Part shown: piece by piece, positions 1 through 13,660 of the stretch
How the letters are laid out: each line of letters opens with the position of its first letter
Position numbering within the stretch: the stretch's first letter is position 1
Source of the DNA: Mobula birostris
Taxonomy: Eukaryota
Assembly: GCF_030028105.1 (NCBI RefSeq)
Contig: NC_092371.1
Coordinates: 97,367,064 to 97,431,063, forward strand
Length of the DNA stretch: 64,000 nucleotides
Direction: 5' to 3'
Made by a program: the position numbers and the translations under genes
Notes under the pieces: generated by a model
Seen by the model: only the letters and a program-made list of their open reading frames with translations
Told to the model about the DNA's origin: nothing
Databases searched by the model: none

Positions 1-970
1 CAACGCATCCAACATGTACAGGTCCTACCTTCCCCAGAAGAGATCCCAATGATCCAAAAATCTAAAACCCTGCCCCCTGCACCAACTCCTCAGCCACGCA
101 TTCAACTGTCATCTTCCCCAATTCTTACCATCACTGACACGTAGCTCTGGCAGCAATCCTGAGAACGCCACCCTTGAGGTCCTGTTCTTCAGCCTTCTGC
201 CTAGTTCCCGAAACTCACACTTCAGGACCTCATCCCTCTTCCTGCCTATGTCGTTGGTCCCAACATGTATCACGACTTCTGGTTGCTTTCCCTCTCGTAC
301 CAGGATGTCGTGCACCCGGTCAGAGACATTCCGGACCCTGGCACCCGGGAGGCAAAAAAGCATGCGGATGTCCTTCTCACGTCCACAAAATCTCCTGTCT
401 GCTCCCCTGACTATAGAGTCTCCAATGACGACAGCTTTCCTCTTCTCCGTCCCACCCTTCTGCACCACAGGGTCAGGCTCAGTGCCGGAAGCCCTGCCAC
501 CGTGGCTCACACCTGGTCGGTCGTCCCTGCGGACAGTATCCAGGACAGTAAACTTATTATTCAGGGGAATGGCTACAGGGGTGCTCTGCACTACCTGTCT
601 GCTTACCTTCGCTTTCCCCCCTCTGACTGTCACCCAACGACCTGCTTCCGACAGCCTAGGTGTGACTACCTCCCTGTAGCTCTCATCTATGACTGCCTCA
701 TTCTCCCTTATGAGTCGAAGGTCATCCAGCTGCTGCTCCAGATTCCGTACACGGTCTTCCAGATCGCCCAGCCGTATGCACTTCTGGCAGATGTGACTCT
801 GCGGGAGAGGGGAGTTCCCCCAAGACTGCCACATCTCACGTGAGAGGCACATCACCGTCTCAGGAGACATTGTAAAAACTAACTGCGAGCAAGCTTGTCC
901 TCCGCCTCTTCTCGTCGAGGTCTCTCGAGTCAAAGCCTCAAAGCTCCACTCCTTCACTGGCCCACTCACG
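1..970 (-). mobile_element. CR1-type LINE, 5' part (5'UTR and ORF1 with zinc-finger-like, coiled-coil and SGNH esterase-like regions), inserted into the Gypsy element
   Basis: ORF 109-969 contains C..C/HICQKC, the coiled coil LEDRVRNLEQQLDDL and the esterase motifs VVIGDSIVRG, CLPGARV and VIHVGTND. It continues off the window edge after a frameshift. Confidence 0.85.
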
Positions 971-3541
971 CACGGATGGTGTACGCTGGATGGTCGTCAA
1001 TGAACCGGGCGGGAGGTGGGATTCGGCGGGAGGGCACAAAGATATAGGTTTCAATTGGGCGACGTGAAACGCGTGATGAATGTGCGTGGATCCGGGCTGT
1101 TTGAGTCTGACCACCGAGGGGCTGATGACACTCTCAACAATCTCGAATGGTCCCAGGTAGCGAGGTGCGAGTTTCTTGGGTTCATTCTTGATGGGGATGT
1201 ATCTTGCCGAGAGCCAAACCTTCTGCTCAGGCCGATAATTTGGTGCAGGAATTCGGCGGCGATCGGCAATCCTCCGGTTGCTGTCGGCTGATCGGAGCAG
1301 GGCCGCGCGTGCATCCTTCCAGATCTTGTGGCACCGGCGAAGATGGGCCTGAACAGAAGGCACAGCAATGCCATCTTCACGAGCAGGAAACAGAGGGTGT
1401 TGATAACCGAGGGAGCATTCGAAGGGAGACATTCCGGTGGCGGTGCTGACCAGGGAGATGAGGGCGTACTCGACCCAAACGAGATGGGTGCTCCAGGATG
1501 CCGGGCTGTTGGCGGTTATGCAGCGCAATGCTGCTTCCAAATCCTGGTTTGTTCGTTCTGTTTGACCATTACTCTGCGGATGGAAGCCGGAAGACAGGTT
1601 TATTGAGACTCCAAGGGCTTAACAAAAGGATCTCCTGACTTGAGAGATGAATTGGGGGCCCCGGTCAGAAATAATGTCAGAGGGATTTCCATGAAGGGGA
1701 AGACGTGATGAACAAAGGGGTCGGCTGTCTCACGGGATGTAAGGAGTTTGGGAAGGCCTACGAAGTGCACAGCTTTGGCGAAGCGACCCACCACGGTGAG
1801 TACGGCAGTGTTCCTATGTGAAGGGGGTAGTCCAGTACCGAAATCCAGCGCAATATGAGACCAAGGGCGGCTAGGGACAGGTAGGCGACGAAGCAACCCA
1901 GCAGGTGGTCGGTGGGAGGCTTTTCCGCGGGTACAAACAGAACAGGCAGAGACGAAGGAACGGGTGTCAGCATCCATGGAGGGCCACCAGAAATGTCTCT
2001 TCAGAAGGGACAGAGTTCGATCGATTCCGGGATGGCAGGAGAAACGAGAAGTGTGCCTCCACTGGAGAACCTAAGACCGAACCGAGTCAGGCACGAAGAG
2101 GCGATTGGAGGGTCCATTGCCTGGGTCAGGTTGAGTCCGTTGGGCCTCTTTGGATATTGATTCGATCTCCCAGGTGAGGTCAGCCACTACACAGGATGGT
2201 GGAAGGGTGGTTTTGGGTTTGGGAAGGCCCTCCTCGGAGATGTATTCACGGGAGAAAGCATCGGGCTTCCCGTTCTTGCACCCCGGACGATAGGTGAGTG
2301 TGAATTTGAAACGGCCAGAAAATAATGCCCAACGGACTTGGCGGGAATTCAGGCGTTTGGCGGTTTGGATGTATGCGAGATTCTTGTGATCAGTCGATAC
2401 GATGAATAGATGTTCCGCACCCTCCAACCAGTGCCTCCACTCCTCCAAAGACAGTTTGACGCCCAGTAACTCCCGGTTCCCAACGTCGTAGTTTCGTTCG
2501 GCGAGAGATAGCCGGCGAGAAAAGAAGGCGCAGGGATGGAGTTTTTGGTCTGGGCCGGAGCGTTGGGAGAGGACCGCTCCCACCCCAGAGTCGCAGGCGT
2601 TGACTTCCACAATGAATTGGTGAGAGGGGTCTGGTTGGACCAGGATGACAGCGGAGGTGAAACGCCTCTTCAGCTCCGAGAAGGCTGAGTCCGCTTCGGG
2701 GCCCCAGTGAAAAGGGGTCGAAAGGAGAGGTGAGTCGAGTAAGGGGCGCTGCCACCCGGCTGTAATCCCGATAAAAGTTTGCGAACCCCAGAAATCGCTG
2801 GAGTTGCTTGAGTGTCGTGGGTTTTGGCCACTCCGCCACCGTCCTCACTTGCCCGGTCTCGATGATGTACCCTAAGAAACTGACAGAACGGACATGAAAC
2901 TCGCACTTCTCAGCCTTCACGAATAGTTGGTTCTCCCAAAGCCTCTGCAGAACCTGACGGACATGGTGGATGTATTCCTGAAGACTGCGGGAGAAGATTA
3001 AGATGTCGTCCAAATAAACAAAAACGAAATGGTTAATAAAGTCCCTAAGGACATCGACTATCAGAACTTGGAAGACGGCGGAGGCATTGGTGAGACCGAA
3101 TGGCATGACCAGGTATTCGAAGTGACCAAGAGGGGTGTTAAAAGCTGTTTTCCACTCATCTCCCTCCCTTATCCTGACCAGGTGGTAGGCATTTCGTAGG
3201 TCCAACTTAGAGAGGATGCTGAATCCATGAAGGGGTTCGAAAGCAGAGTTGATAAGGGGCAGTGGAAACGTATTCTTTATGGTGATGCAATTCAGGCCCC
3301 AGTAGTCAATGCAGGGAAGCAGTGAGCCGTCTCTCTTCCCCACAAAGAAGAAACCTGCGCCTACAGGGAAAGATGAGGGTTGGATAATGCCAGCCGCGAG
3401 AGAGTCATTTAGGTAAGCGTCCATTGCCTCCCTTTCTGGCCGGGACGAGTTGTACAGCCGACTGGTGGGTAGAGGGGCTCCGGGAAGAAGGTCAATTGCG
3501 CAACCGTAAGAGCGGTGTGGAGGCAGGGAAAGGGCCCCTTC

Positions 3542-4792
3542 CGTTATGTACCCCTAGGGTTTGGACTGTCACTTTAAGGAGACAGAGAGAACTGAGACTG
3601 ACTTTTGGGCTCTGTGTGAATTTCTACTCTCTGCAAAATTGCTTGGTTGCTACGGTGACCAACTCGTGTTATGGTTTCTCTGCAGCGTGTTTTTACAAGG
3701 ACAGTTACAGACACAGAGAAACACATGCTCGGAGTCAAGATGGATTCGATCAATGAAAGACACCGGTGAGTGAGGTCCTGGTTTAAACTTTCAGTAGCTC
3801 AAAAGGGGTGAGTCGAGATCGATCCTGAGTGCTGATAAATGAGTCTCACAAATTTTCTCCAACTAGAACAAGTTTGCAGGAAGAGAAGAGAGGAGAGAAG
3901 GTTTGAAACAGAAGAAACCTAGTGACAAAGAGGTCACTGTTTTGACTCTCTCTCTAAGTAGCCCGTGAGGGTGACTTTGTTTCCATTCGACTACGAAAGT
4001 GTGATCATCACTTAGTTAATCCACAGGAGTGGGTTCTCTGGTGAGGGAAAAACCTTTGTGAATACCACGTGTGTATTTATCCTTTTTCTGGGTGTGGTAG
4101 TTCACTGAAGAAAGGCACCCCTGTGGCAAATCACTGTTGAAGTTATTTCGTATGTCATGGAACTGGATAAGTCGCTATCACAGTTGTGTGTTTGGGGTAA
4201 TCTTGTGTGGAAACTAATCTTGTGTGTGATAATCCTTGCCTGGGTTGGTAGTTTTATCACTTGAAGATGGTTCGTCAGTGATAAGACTACTGTTGGTGAT
4301 AATCCATACGTGGATTCCGTTTGAGTTACCTGTGGCCACTGCTTTGGGATGACCCGTAGCTGAATTCGGGTGTGGTACCACTTGTGCTGAAAGGATATTC
4401 GTTGAAGATCCCTGTCGCTGATACTTCGTGTGTGGAGTGGAACAACTTCTGAGATAAACCTACTACTATGGTTATCTGTATTGCTGTCGTCGAATCTGTG
4501 GAGTATCGATGTAATTGCCTCCTCACAACATTCACCTTTTGGATTACAAACATCTCACATTAATTCACCTGAGCATTGAACTGAACTATCTTACATTCCA
4601 TCGTAAGACTTTATCACTTACCACCTAAACTTGAAGAAGTTTGGGTTCTGTATTTACACACCTGTATATGCATAAATTCTGCTAACTTGTTTGATTTACC
4701 TGGTTATATATTACTGTATTGCGTAGTTACTAATAAAAATAGCATTAGTTAACAGCAAAACCAGACAGAGGCAGGGACTTTTGGTTGCAACG
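3542..4792 (+). mobile_element. About 1.25 kb LTR-like insertion from another family, replacing the Gypsy protease region
   Basis: Non-Gypsy sequence lies between gag/pol (4793+) and RT (<3541). Short inverted termini CGTT...AACG and an AATAAA near the 3' end. No TSD seen. Confidence 0.55.
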
Positions 4793-5919
4793 TAAAGTAG
4801 CTTGGATCTGCATCCAGGTTCGGGGAATGGAAGAGAATGTTGTCTGGCTCACCAGGGCCCCCCTTTCTACTGGTGAGCCTTCCCTTTTGGCCGATGGGAA
4901 CAGAAAGCAAGGAAGTGGCCGGACTGGCCGCAATAGAGACACTCCCCGACTCTCAATCTCCGGAGTCGCTCTGTGGGAGAAGGACGGTTCAGTCCCTGCT
5001 GCATGGGTTCCTCTCCCGGGGCGGCGGAAACGGCCGGGCTGGGAGCTATTCTAGGAGCAGGAGGAGAAGAGAGGCATGTGCTGGTGGGAGACGGTAATGA
5101 GTGCTGTGGAATGGCCAAAAGTGGTGGACGACCAATTCTTTCCCGATGGCGTTCTCGACGATGATTGTCCAAACTGGTAGCTAGGGAGGTCAAGGAATCC
5201 AGGTTGTCGGTGTCATCTCTTGCCGCCAATTCGTCTTTCACCATGTCGCTGAGACCATTCCGAAATACCCCTTGGAGTTCTCCAACGTTCCACCCGGAGT
5301 CGGCCGCTAACGTCCAGAACTGCACAAAATATTTGGCAACACTGCGGGAGCCCTGACGGCAAGTAAGTAGACACATAGCGGCACCTTTACCACGGACGGG
5401 GTGGTCAAAGATCTTTCTCATTTCCTCGATAAAGGTGGAGAAAGAAGATCAGATATCCGGTTGATCATCCCAAACAGCTGTAGCCCACGCTAAGGCACTT
5501 ACCCGCAACAACCACATGATATAAGCTATCTTTGACATGTCGGTGGAGTACATGGATTACTGCTGTTCTAACACCAAGGAGCATTGCAGAAGGAAGGCCC
5601 GGCACTTCCCCAAATCCCCAGCATAGTGTTCTGGTTCAGGTATGTGCGGCTCTCTTGGTGGAGGTGTTGCTGACACTTAGGGAGTTGCCACTATAGGATG
5701 TCTGGGCTGGTTAGACAGAGTTCCAGGAGTGGATGGGGTAAAATGAGTGGTACACGGTTCACCTGGTCACTGATCTTCGTTACATTAGCAGACAGGGAAC
5801 AGAGGTTCTCAATGACATCCCGGAGAGGTTGATCGTGCAGAGCCAGTAGGGAGCCCTGGCTGGCGAGGGCTTGTTGCAGGGCATTCGTGTCCGTTGGGTC
5901 CATTGCGACCAGATCATTT

Positions 5920-6326
5920 TGTTGCAATGAGCGAATTAAGCGAACACAAGTGCAGGATACAGGCAGGGAGATTGAGTTAGGATGCTTAGGCGGACGTGAA
6001 CGTTGAACAGCAAGGGTAGGAGGGATCTTGACACGGAGCTTTGACACAAAGAGATGGAGTTTCATAGGTAAATCTTTAAAATGGAGCAGAACTTAGAACG
6101 CACTGTCCTAAGTGGCCGGGAAACGTTAATTACCACACAGGGAAAACCAACGATCTGGCGACAAGTGGTTGTAACGCTGGGGTTATTATGATGCAGGCCT
6201 TGATAGAAGCCAGGTGTGCCGTCATCAAAGAGAATAAGAAGCAAATGGGAAATTAATGGTCGGAACCATGACACAATAAAAGGAAATTAGGAGAAAGATA
6301 GGGAATTAACGATCAGGACCGTGACA
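5920..6326 (-). repeat. 5' LTR of the Gypsy element (about 407 bp)
   Basis: On the - strand it starts TGTCACGG and ends TTGCAACA. A short leader and the gag start ATGGACCC (MDPTD...) follow immediately. Confidence 0.75.
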
Positions 6327-6419
6327 ACCTGTACGACTGGGGAGCTCATTACATTAATATTGCTGATGAGCACAAGGATCATGAGGTCCTAGTCCATAGC
6401 TGCCTGTAAATAGCTACAC

Positions 6420-6935
6420 AGATGGATAGAATGGTTAAGAAATCACATGATAAGCTTACCTTTATTAGTCGAGACATTGAGCTCAAAAGTGAGAAAACTA
6501 TATTAAAACTTCATAAAACTCCGCATCTGGGCTACTGCAGACAGTTCTGCTTGCACCAATATTTGAAGGATGTGGTGGCTTTGGAGGGGATGCGGAAGAC
6601 ATTTAACAGGATGCTGCCTGGATTAGAGGGCAAGTGTAATATTGAGAGTTTGGGAAAATTGGGTTGTTTTCACTAGAGTGGCGGAGGCTGAGGGGAGATC
6701 TAATAGAGGGTTATAAGATTATAAGAGCATAGACAGAGTAGAGAGACGGTATCTTTTTCCCAGGGTTGAAATGTCTAATACCAGAAGGCATGCATTTAAG
6801 GTGAGATGGTGTAAGTTCAAAGGAGATGTGAGGGGCAAGTTTCCATATACAGAGAATGGTGAGCTTTTGGACTGCACTGCCTGAGTCAGTGGTGGAGGCA
6901 AATATATTAGGGACTTTTAAGAGACGTTTAAAAGG
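6420..6935 (+). mobile_element. CR1 LINE 3' fragment
   Basis: ORF 6422-6676 (..DVVALEGMRKTFNRMLPGLEG..) resembles the CR1 ORF2 C-terminus and is followed by 3'UTR-like sequence. Confidence 0.75.
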
Positions 6936-6969
6936 ACACACACACACATACACACACACATACACACAC
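6936..6969. repeat. (CA)n microsatellite, interrupted
   Basis: Seen directly. Confidence 0.95.
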
Positions 6970-7859
6970 CGGATTGCACCACTTATGGACACATAAGTAG
7001 TAAAATCTTATCAGTTAACAATATGGTCAGACAAGCCACACCAGCTTTAATTATCTAATATAATCATTTAAAATAATCATGCAGGACGATGGAAAATTAA
7101 TCTAGTTGCGATGAGAACACAAGAATACATGAAACATCTTTGGAATTCCCTGCTCCAAGGGGCAATGGAGGTACTGTTACTGGGTGTATTCAACCTGTCG
7201 ATGAACTGATTAATGTATATCAGGTGAATCAAGGGATATGGGGTCTACAGAGCATAATGCACTGTGGAAAAGAAGGAGCCATCAACTTATTGAATTACGG
7301 ATAAAGCACGAGGAGTTCAATGGCCTACTCCTATTATTGCTTCTGTTCTTGTTTTCTCAGGTGAAGTTGTTATATATATTATAAAAGCAACATTATTGCA
7401 ATTTAAATGTGCAAAAACAATTACATTTACATTATCTGTCATTCCCTAAATGCACCTTTATTGATGCAGCCTCAGGACTCTGGTTTACACCGGGCAACAC
7501 TTTTTTTCCGAAGAGTATAGTAATTTCTTCCAGGGGAGTATCCAGGTGGATGCTCTTTGTTCTGATATCAAATTATTAACAACACTGGTAATCATGAATG
7601 CTACAAGCAAATAATGGAATGATGAGGTAGCATCTGTGGAGAGAGCAATTGCTGATAATTCAATGCAAACTCACACCAGAAAAAATGACCATTCATTTAA
7701 CTCGTTGATCTTTCTGCCCTGTTCCATGTTGAATCATTTACAACATATGTACGCTAATTCTAAGAGAGGATTGCAGCACTGTAATTGAGCATCACAAAGA
7801 GTCAAATAGAATGTACGGAGATAAAAGAGATTCCACAGATTCACGAAATCTTGAGCAAA

Positions 7860-8728
7860 TACTACTTCCGGTAAGATGGTAGCATGTTTGGTCGCAGCGG
7901 CTTCTACGCAGTCAACAAAGGTGCTCCTGTCGTATTTAAACATATTTGAATGAGCGCAAGACGCTGCTGAATATTAAGAAATTGGAAGTACTTCAGGCCT
8001 ACCCCATCAGCTAGTTGCTCATTGGCGGAGAAAGTGGAAGAGCGGTGCATCGTGCTGCTGCCTGAATTTAAAGAGGTTTACAGTCTAGTAGCGAGTGACT
8101 GACTTGGTCACTTTTGCTGGGGATGGCAAGACACACTTGAATATAGTTAATGTGGAATGCTGCATGTTTGACTCTCTGATTTATTGGAGAGCAGGGGCGG
8201 ACGGCGGGTGAGTACGTCTCCTTGGTTGTTATGGGGGCTGGGTCTCAAGCTGCGGTGTCACTTGTTTACAGTTGCCAGGAGAGAAGCATCGGAGCCAGTG
8301 CGCTCCACCACGGGAAGTGAGGTGCAGCTGCCTTCTATGTGCCAGGACTAGGCCTCAAGCCATGCTATTGCCTGTTTACAGCTGCCAGGGAGAGGCGCCG
8401 GAGGTGGGTCACTCCACCAGAGGCAGTGTGGTGTGGCGTCCAGGCTGGAGATGGTGCTCACCCCTCCCCGCGCTCCCCAGTGTTCGCTGAGCAGAAGACA
8501 AGCTGTATTGTTGCCCTCTGCAGATTTCGGCCGCATTGGATGGCCTGAGTTAGGACTCGCTTACTGAGTGGCTGTATCTTTCTATCTTATATGCGCTATG
8601 TGTGCAACTGTTGGTACTGTGTTTTCCATCTTGACCCGGAGTAACACTGTCTCGTTTTGTTGCATTCATGAGCGTTCATCTATGGTCGAATGACAATTAA
8701 ACTTCAATTGAGTTGAAGTGAATTGAAT
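7860..8728 (+). mobile_element. Non-autonomous SINE-like repeat with a LINE-type short-repeat tail
   Basis: GC-rich 5' start (CTTCCGGTAAGATGG) and a 3' tail GACAATTAAACTTCAATTGAGTTGAAGTGAATTGAA. Confidence 0.45.
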
Positions 8729-9715
8729 GCACAAAGTGCTGAAGGAATTCAACACGACAGATAGCATCTATGGAGGGAAATGAACAGTCGACACTTCAGT
8801 CCAAGATCCTTCTGGTAGTGATTCCACAGTAACATGATTGAATGGGTTCTTGTAGAAGCAGGAAAGCTTCTTAAATGTAAAGGCAAACATAAATTTACCG
8901 CCACCTTTATTGTCCCGAAACAGCCTTTGATTGATTAGAGAAAAAAATATTTGAAAATAATTCACATCCATTGATAATGCCTGACCTGCTGAGTTTCTGC
9001 TGCATGTGGTGTGTTCCTTTACAATTAAGACGGCAGACCTGACGCTAAACTCATGATCTACAGGACTTCAGAGGTCCTTGCCTTCTTGGATTTTTCTGCA
9101 ATATGGACTACCTACAGCACGGATTTCAAAACACTGAATATATGTCAACAGCTCTGCCTCCATAGAGCCCTCCAAAATGACCAAAATGATGAATATACCA
9201 AGGGACCAGCATGCAGCCTCGAGTAACTTTTAGTCTGAATTGTTACACAGGTGAATTCGTTCATATGCCGCGTATTGGAGTTCTTAAACTGACCTTCTTT
9301 TCTAAGAAGACATAAGAAACTGCAAGTGCTGGAACCTGGAGCAGAAAAATTAACTGCAGGAGGAATGCAGTATGTTAGCAGCATCAGTGGAAGCTGAGGT
9401 ATGGTCTCCAAATGAAAAGTGGACCAACTCACCCACCTCCACAGATGCTGCCCGCCCAACTGACTTCCTCCACAAACTTTGTAATTCATTCTAATCTGAG
9501 CTCTGTCACAGAAAGAAGTTACCAGGCAGATAAGTAAAATGATTAAATAATGTGATCAAAGCTTCTTGATGGAAGCCCAGAACACCTTCTGAATCAATCC
9601 AGCATTTCTAGTAACTCCTGGGGATCCATATCCTGGGGACCATTCAAAGCGAAAAAAAAAAGCAGTTGGATGGTACTGAGAACCTCTAGACTATGAAGCA
9701 GGAATATACAGAAAC

Positions 9716-11067
9716 TGTCATGGGTGGGGGGGGGGGGATGCTGGGAGCGGACACAAATGCAAGTCACAGACACTGAAGTACAAGGAACTGGACATGGCTA
9801 GAGATTAGAGACGAGACTAGAAGCAGACTAGGAGCTGGGACAAGAACACAGACTTGGGGACAAGAACACAGACTTGGGCTAGGACTAGGTTAATCAAGGA
9901 AGCAAGGGAAGTGGGGAAGAAAGGACGCTGGACATGACACGGGCCCTGGACGAGACAAGGATCCAGGGCCTGGGCAAGGACTTGACTAGGATAGCGGAAC
10001 CAGGACATGGAACTTGGAACTAGGAGCCTGGAGTTGGACTCCGAGCCAGAGACTGGACAAGGACCTGAAACCTGGGTCTTGACTCGGGTTCAGACCACAG
10101 ATCTAGGTGAAGGCATGACAGGCTTGGGTTCTTTGAGGCTAGGGTACTTCGAGGCTTGAGTATGGGGTCCAAGCCAGAGACTGGGCAAGGACCCAGAACC
10201 TGGGACTTGACTCGGGCTCGGACTCCAGAACTAGTCAAGGACAAGACATGGCTCCAGGATGAGGAGTGGCAACAGGACTGGACGTGAGACTCCTGGACAG
10301 AACAAGGGAACCCCAGCATAGGATGGGGGAACCCCAGCACCGGGCTTGGCAAGGTACTCCTGGGCTGGGCGAGACACATGGACAAGACGAGAACACAAAG
10401 CTGTAGTTTGGACAAGACAAGGTTCTTGGATCATGGCTAGGACTGGACGAGAGCCCGAAGCCTTGACTTGGTCGAGGGAGAGACAGAAACGCAGAGCCTT
10501 GGTCAACGGAGAGATTGGAATATGGAACACAGAGCCGGGATCCCTCCATGGGTACAAGACGTAGGGCCGGGACTCATTACACAGCATGCAGAATACGACG
10601 AGACGGTTCATACACAAGGTAGCGGCAGACGGCCGGACCTACCTAGCAGAGGCGTGGATACAGAGACAGTTCAAAACAACGATAGACAGTTCCTTATCTA
10701 GCTCCGGCGATTGAACTAGACAGTGGTGCAGGCGAGGGTTACAGGCAAGGCAAGGCTTCAGACGAGGCAAGGTGAGGCAAGGCTTCAGACGAGGCAAGGC
10801 GAGGCAAGGCTTCAGACGAGGCAAGGCAAGGCAATGCTTCAGACGAGGTGAGGCAACAGAAGGAAGGGGAGCAGAAGGGATTCAGACAGGAGGTATGGAC
10901 AGGAACAATCCAGCAGCCAGAGGTTGAATCCTGAAGGTATTTATGAAGCCAGCCCAAACGAGAATCAGCTGCCTCAACAGAAACTGGGGAAAACGGGAAA
11001 ACCTGGAATAAGGAATATGGACCGAACCGTGAACCGGAATGCAGATTTCATGGACCGGACCATGACA
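9716..11067 (-). mobile_element. Solo LTR (1352 bp) with 5-bp TSD and internal 27-bp tandem repeats
   Basis: Termini TGTCATG...CATGACA. GAAAC on both flanks (9711-9715, 11068-11072). 27-bp units AGGCAAGGYGAGGCAAGGCTTCAGACG at about 10743-10855. Same family as 24106-25091. Confidence 0.85.
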
Positions 11068-11915
11068 GAAACACTGCAGGAGGTGCGAAAGGAATCAGAA
11101 ACTATCCAACCTCCTGCCCCTCTATGGAAGTCTTCGGAATCACGTTAGCCCCAGTCGCCATGATAGAACCCACAGAACTAGAATGTCAGTCATCATCAAT
11201 CCTGAGGAAATGCTGAAGAAGACGACAAATATTTGAAAGAAGAGAAAACATGTGCAAACTACTGCAGCATCAATGACAAAAGTACAAAGATCACAGATAA
11301 TTTTATTATGGCATCGTTGAGGTATACAGAATGAAAGCAGGCCCTTAGGCCCAACGCATCTCTGCCGACCAAGATGCCTGTCTGTTAATCTCACTTGCCT
11401 GCCTTCGGCCCACATTCCCACTAAAGGTTTCCTATCTATGACATGTCCAAATTTCTTTTAAACGTTGTCATTTACCCACCACTGCCACTCCTTCTGACAG
11501 CTCGTTTCTTTTACCACCATTCTCTGTATGAAATATCTGCCCCTCGGGTCCCCTTCAAATCATTCCTATTTCTTCTTAACACTGTGCCTTCTACTGTACC
11601 CTATACCAAGCCCTATAAGACAAAAAATTATAAAATACATTTAGTTACTTTTCCTCATATGTTCTTAAACTACTCCCTCTTTGTTGAATAATGTGTGTGG
11701 AAAAGATGGGATATTTAGATATGTGACAAAAATGCAGCGTATCTGCAAATATATCTATAATATTTACCTAATCGTTTTATGTCTGTTTTATGAACAATTT
11801 GTCAAAGGTTCACGTCCTGTTTACAGAACACCCGGGTCATCCGCACACCACCAATTGGTTGCAACTGCTGCTGATGATCCATACCTGAGGACTTTGAACA
11901 TGAAGCATTTCCAGA

Positions 11916-12592
11916 TTAGATTAGATTATGAGGACACTCAGTCCTTGTTTATTGTCATTTAGTAATGCATGTATTAAAAAATGATACATTGTTCCTCCAG
12001 TATGAGAACACAGAAACACAGGACAGACCAAGACTAAAACTGACAAAAACACATAATTATAACATATAGTTACAACAGTGCAAAGCAATACTGTAATTTG
12101 ATGAAGAGCAGACCATGGGCACGGTAAAAAAACGTCTCTAAGTCCCGATAGCTCCAACATCTCACGCAGACGGTAGAAGGGAAAAACTCTCCCTGCCATG
12201 AGCTTCCAGCGCCGCAAACTTGCCGATGCAGCATCCTGGAAGCACCCGACCACAGTCCGACTCTGAGTTCTTCCAAAAACTTCGAGCCTCCGACCAGCCC
12301 TCCGACACCGAGCACCAAGCACCATCTCTGCCGAGCGCTTCGACCCCGTCCCCGGCCACCAAGCAACATTCAAAGCCAAGGATTCGGGGCCTTCCCATCC
12401 GGAGATTTCAGATCACACAGTAGCGGCGGCAGCGAAACAGGCATTTCAGAAGTTTCACCAGATGTTTCTCCGTGCCCTCACATCTGCTTCCATAAAATAA
12501 GAATTGTGCACAGCATCTTACTTGACAGATTACAGATATTCATTACCGGAGAGACCGCGCACGCTGCGTCGCGCCGCCATCTTCTCCTCCCG
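11916..12592 (-). mobile_element. SINE-like non-autonomous repeat with (ATCTA)n tail
   Basis: On the - strand it starts GGAGGAGAAGATGGCGGCGCGACGC and ends ...TAAAAATCTAATCTAATC-like tail (GATTAGATTAGATT on +). Confidence 0.55.
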
Positions 12593-12749
12593 TCGCTTTG
12601 AAATAATATTATTTTCTTATACATTCTCATCAACAGAATTTATGCTTTATTGAGTGTTCATTTCAATAAATCTGAGGATAAGCAATTAGGCATTGAAGAG
12701 TATAAACTACTGAATTTGTGTGGTGAATAAAGCAAGCGTTGCTATCGTC

Positions 12750-13234
12750 AAAACGCTGGTGAACGCAGCAGGCCAGGCAGCGTCTATAGGAAGAGGTACA
12801 GTCGACGTTTCGGGCCGAGACACTTCGCCAGGACTAACTGAAAGAAGAAGTAGTAAGTGATTTGAAAGTGGGAAGGGGAGGAGAGATCCGAAATCATAGG
12901 AGAAGACAGGAGGGGGAGGGATGGAGCTAACAGCTCGAAAGTTGATTGGCAAAAGGGCTATGTGAAGATCACGGGACGGGAAGCCTAGGGAGAAAGAAAA
13001 GGGGAGGGGAGCCCAGAAGAAGATGGAGAGCAGGCAAGAAGTTATAGTGAGAGGGACAGAGGAAGAAAAGAGAGAGAGAGAAAAAAAGGCGGGGAATATA
13101 TAAATAAATAAGGGATGGGGTAAGAAGGGGAGGAGGGGCATTAACGGAAGTTAGAGAAGTCAATGTTCATGCCATCAGGTTGGAGGCTACCCAGACGGAA
13201 TATAAGGTGTTGTTCCTCCAACCTGAGTGTGGCT
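12750..13234 (-). mobile_element. Penelope-like element 3' end (GIY-YIG C-terminus and pseudo-LTR)
   Basis: The - strand encodes ..[24 protein letters not shown] followed by a pLTR with a degenerate CTGNNGA...GAAAC hammerhead core. Confidence 0.8.
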
Positions 13235-13579
13235 CCTTGTCTCAATCATGGTAAACTTCATGGTGAAGGCGAATTAGCCTGACACTCGTGGTACGAAATA
13301 TAAGGATAGAATTAATTATTGAGGTAGTTATATCATTGAGGCTGTAGGCTTCAACATAGGAGATAGAAGGGGATAAGTGAAAGTATTTGGACTTCCAATA
13401 TTTCTCAAAAGGATAATGGTGCCTGTTGGCAGAGGTAACGTATTGGCGTGATACAGTATTGGCTAACGCGCAGGAAACAGTAATTATCGAAAACGAAGGA
13501 TAATTTCAGGTTGTCAACCTATGACCAATCAGCTGTCGCAGGGATCCGTGCTGGCATAAAGTATACGAATGATTTCGAG

Positions 13580-13660
13580 CAGAGGTTCCCAATCTGGTGT
13601 CCACGGATCTCTCGGTAAATGGAAGGAGTCCACGGTATAAAAAAGGGTTGGGAACCCCTG
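13580..13660. mobile_element. Short hAT-type MITE about 360 bp upstream of the receptor ATG
   Basis: Imperfect TIRs CAGAGGTTCCCAAT / GTTGGGAACCCCTG. TSD only partly matched. Confidence 0.5.

Larger units (their letters stand above)
974..6326 (-). mobile_element. Ty3/Gypsy (sushi-like) LTR retrotransposon, decayed: 5'LTR-gag-RT-RNaseH-integrase-start of chromodomain
   Basis: gag with the CCHC knuckle CLYCGQSGHFLAFC (4867-5421). [22 protein letters not shown] and YLDDILIFS (2390-3424). RNase[13 protein letters not shown] (2071-2610). Integrase [12 protein letters not shown] (1600-1977) and [11 protein letters not shown] (938-1540). Several frameshifts. Confidence 0.92.

Noticed and set aside
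10743-10855. 27-bp repeat array as CRISPR-like
   Set aside because: The units are contiguous with no unique spacers, and they sit inside a vertebrate LTR.
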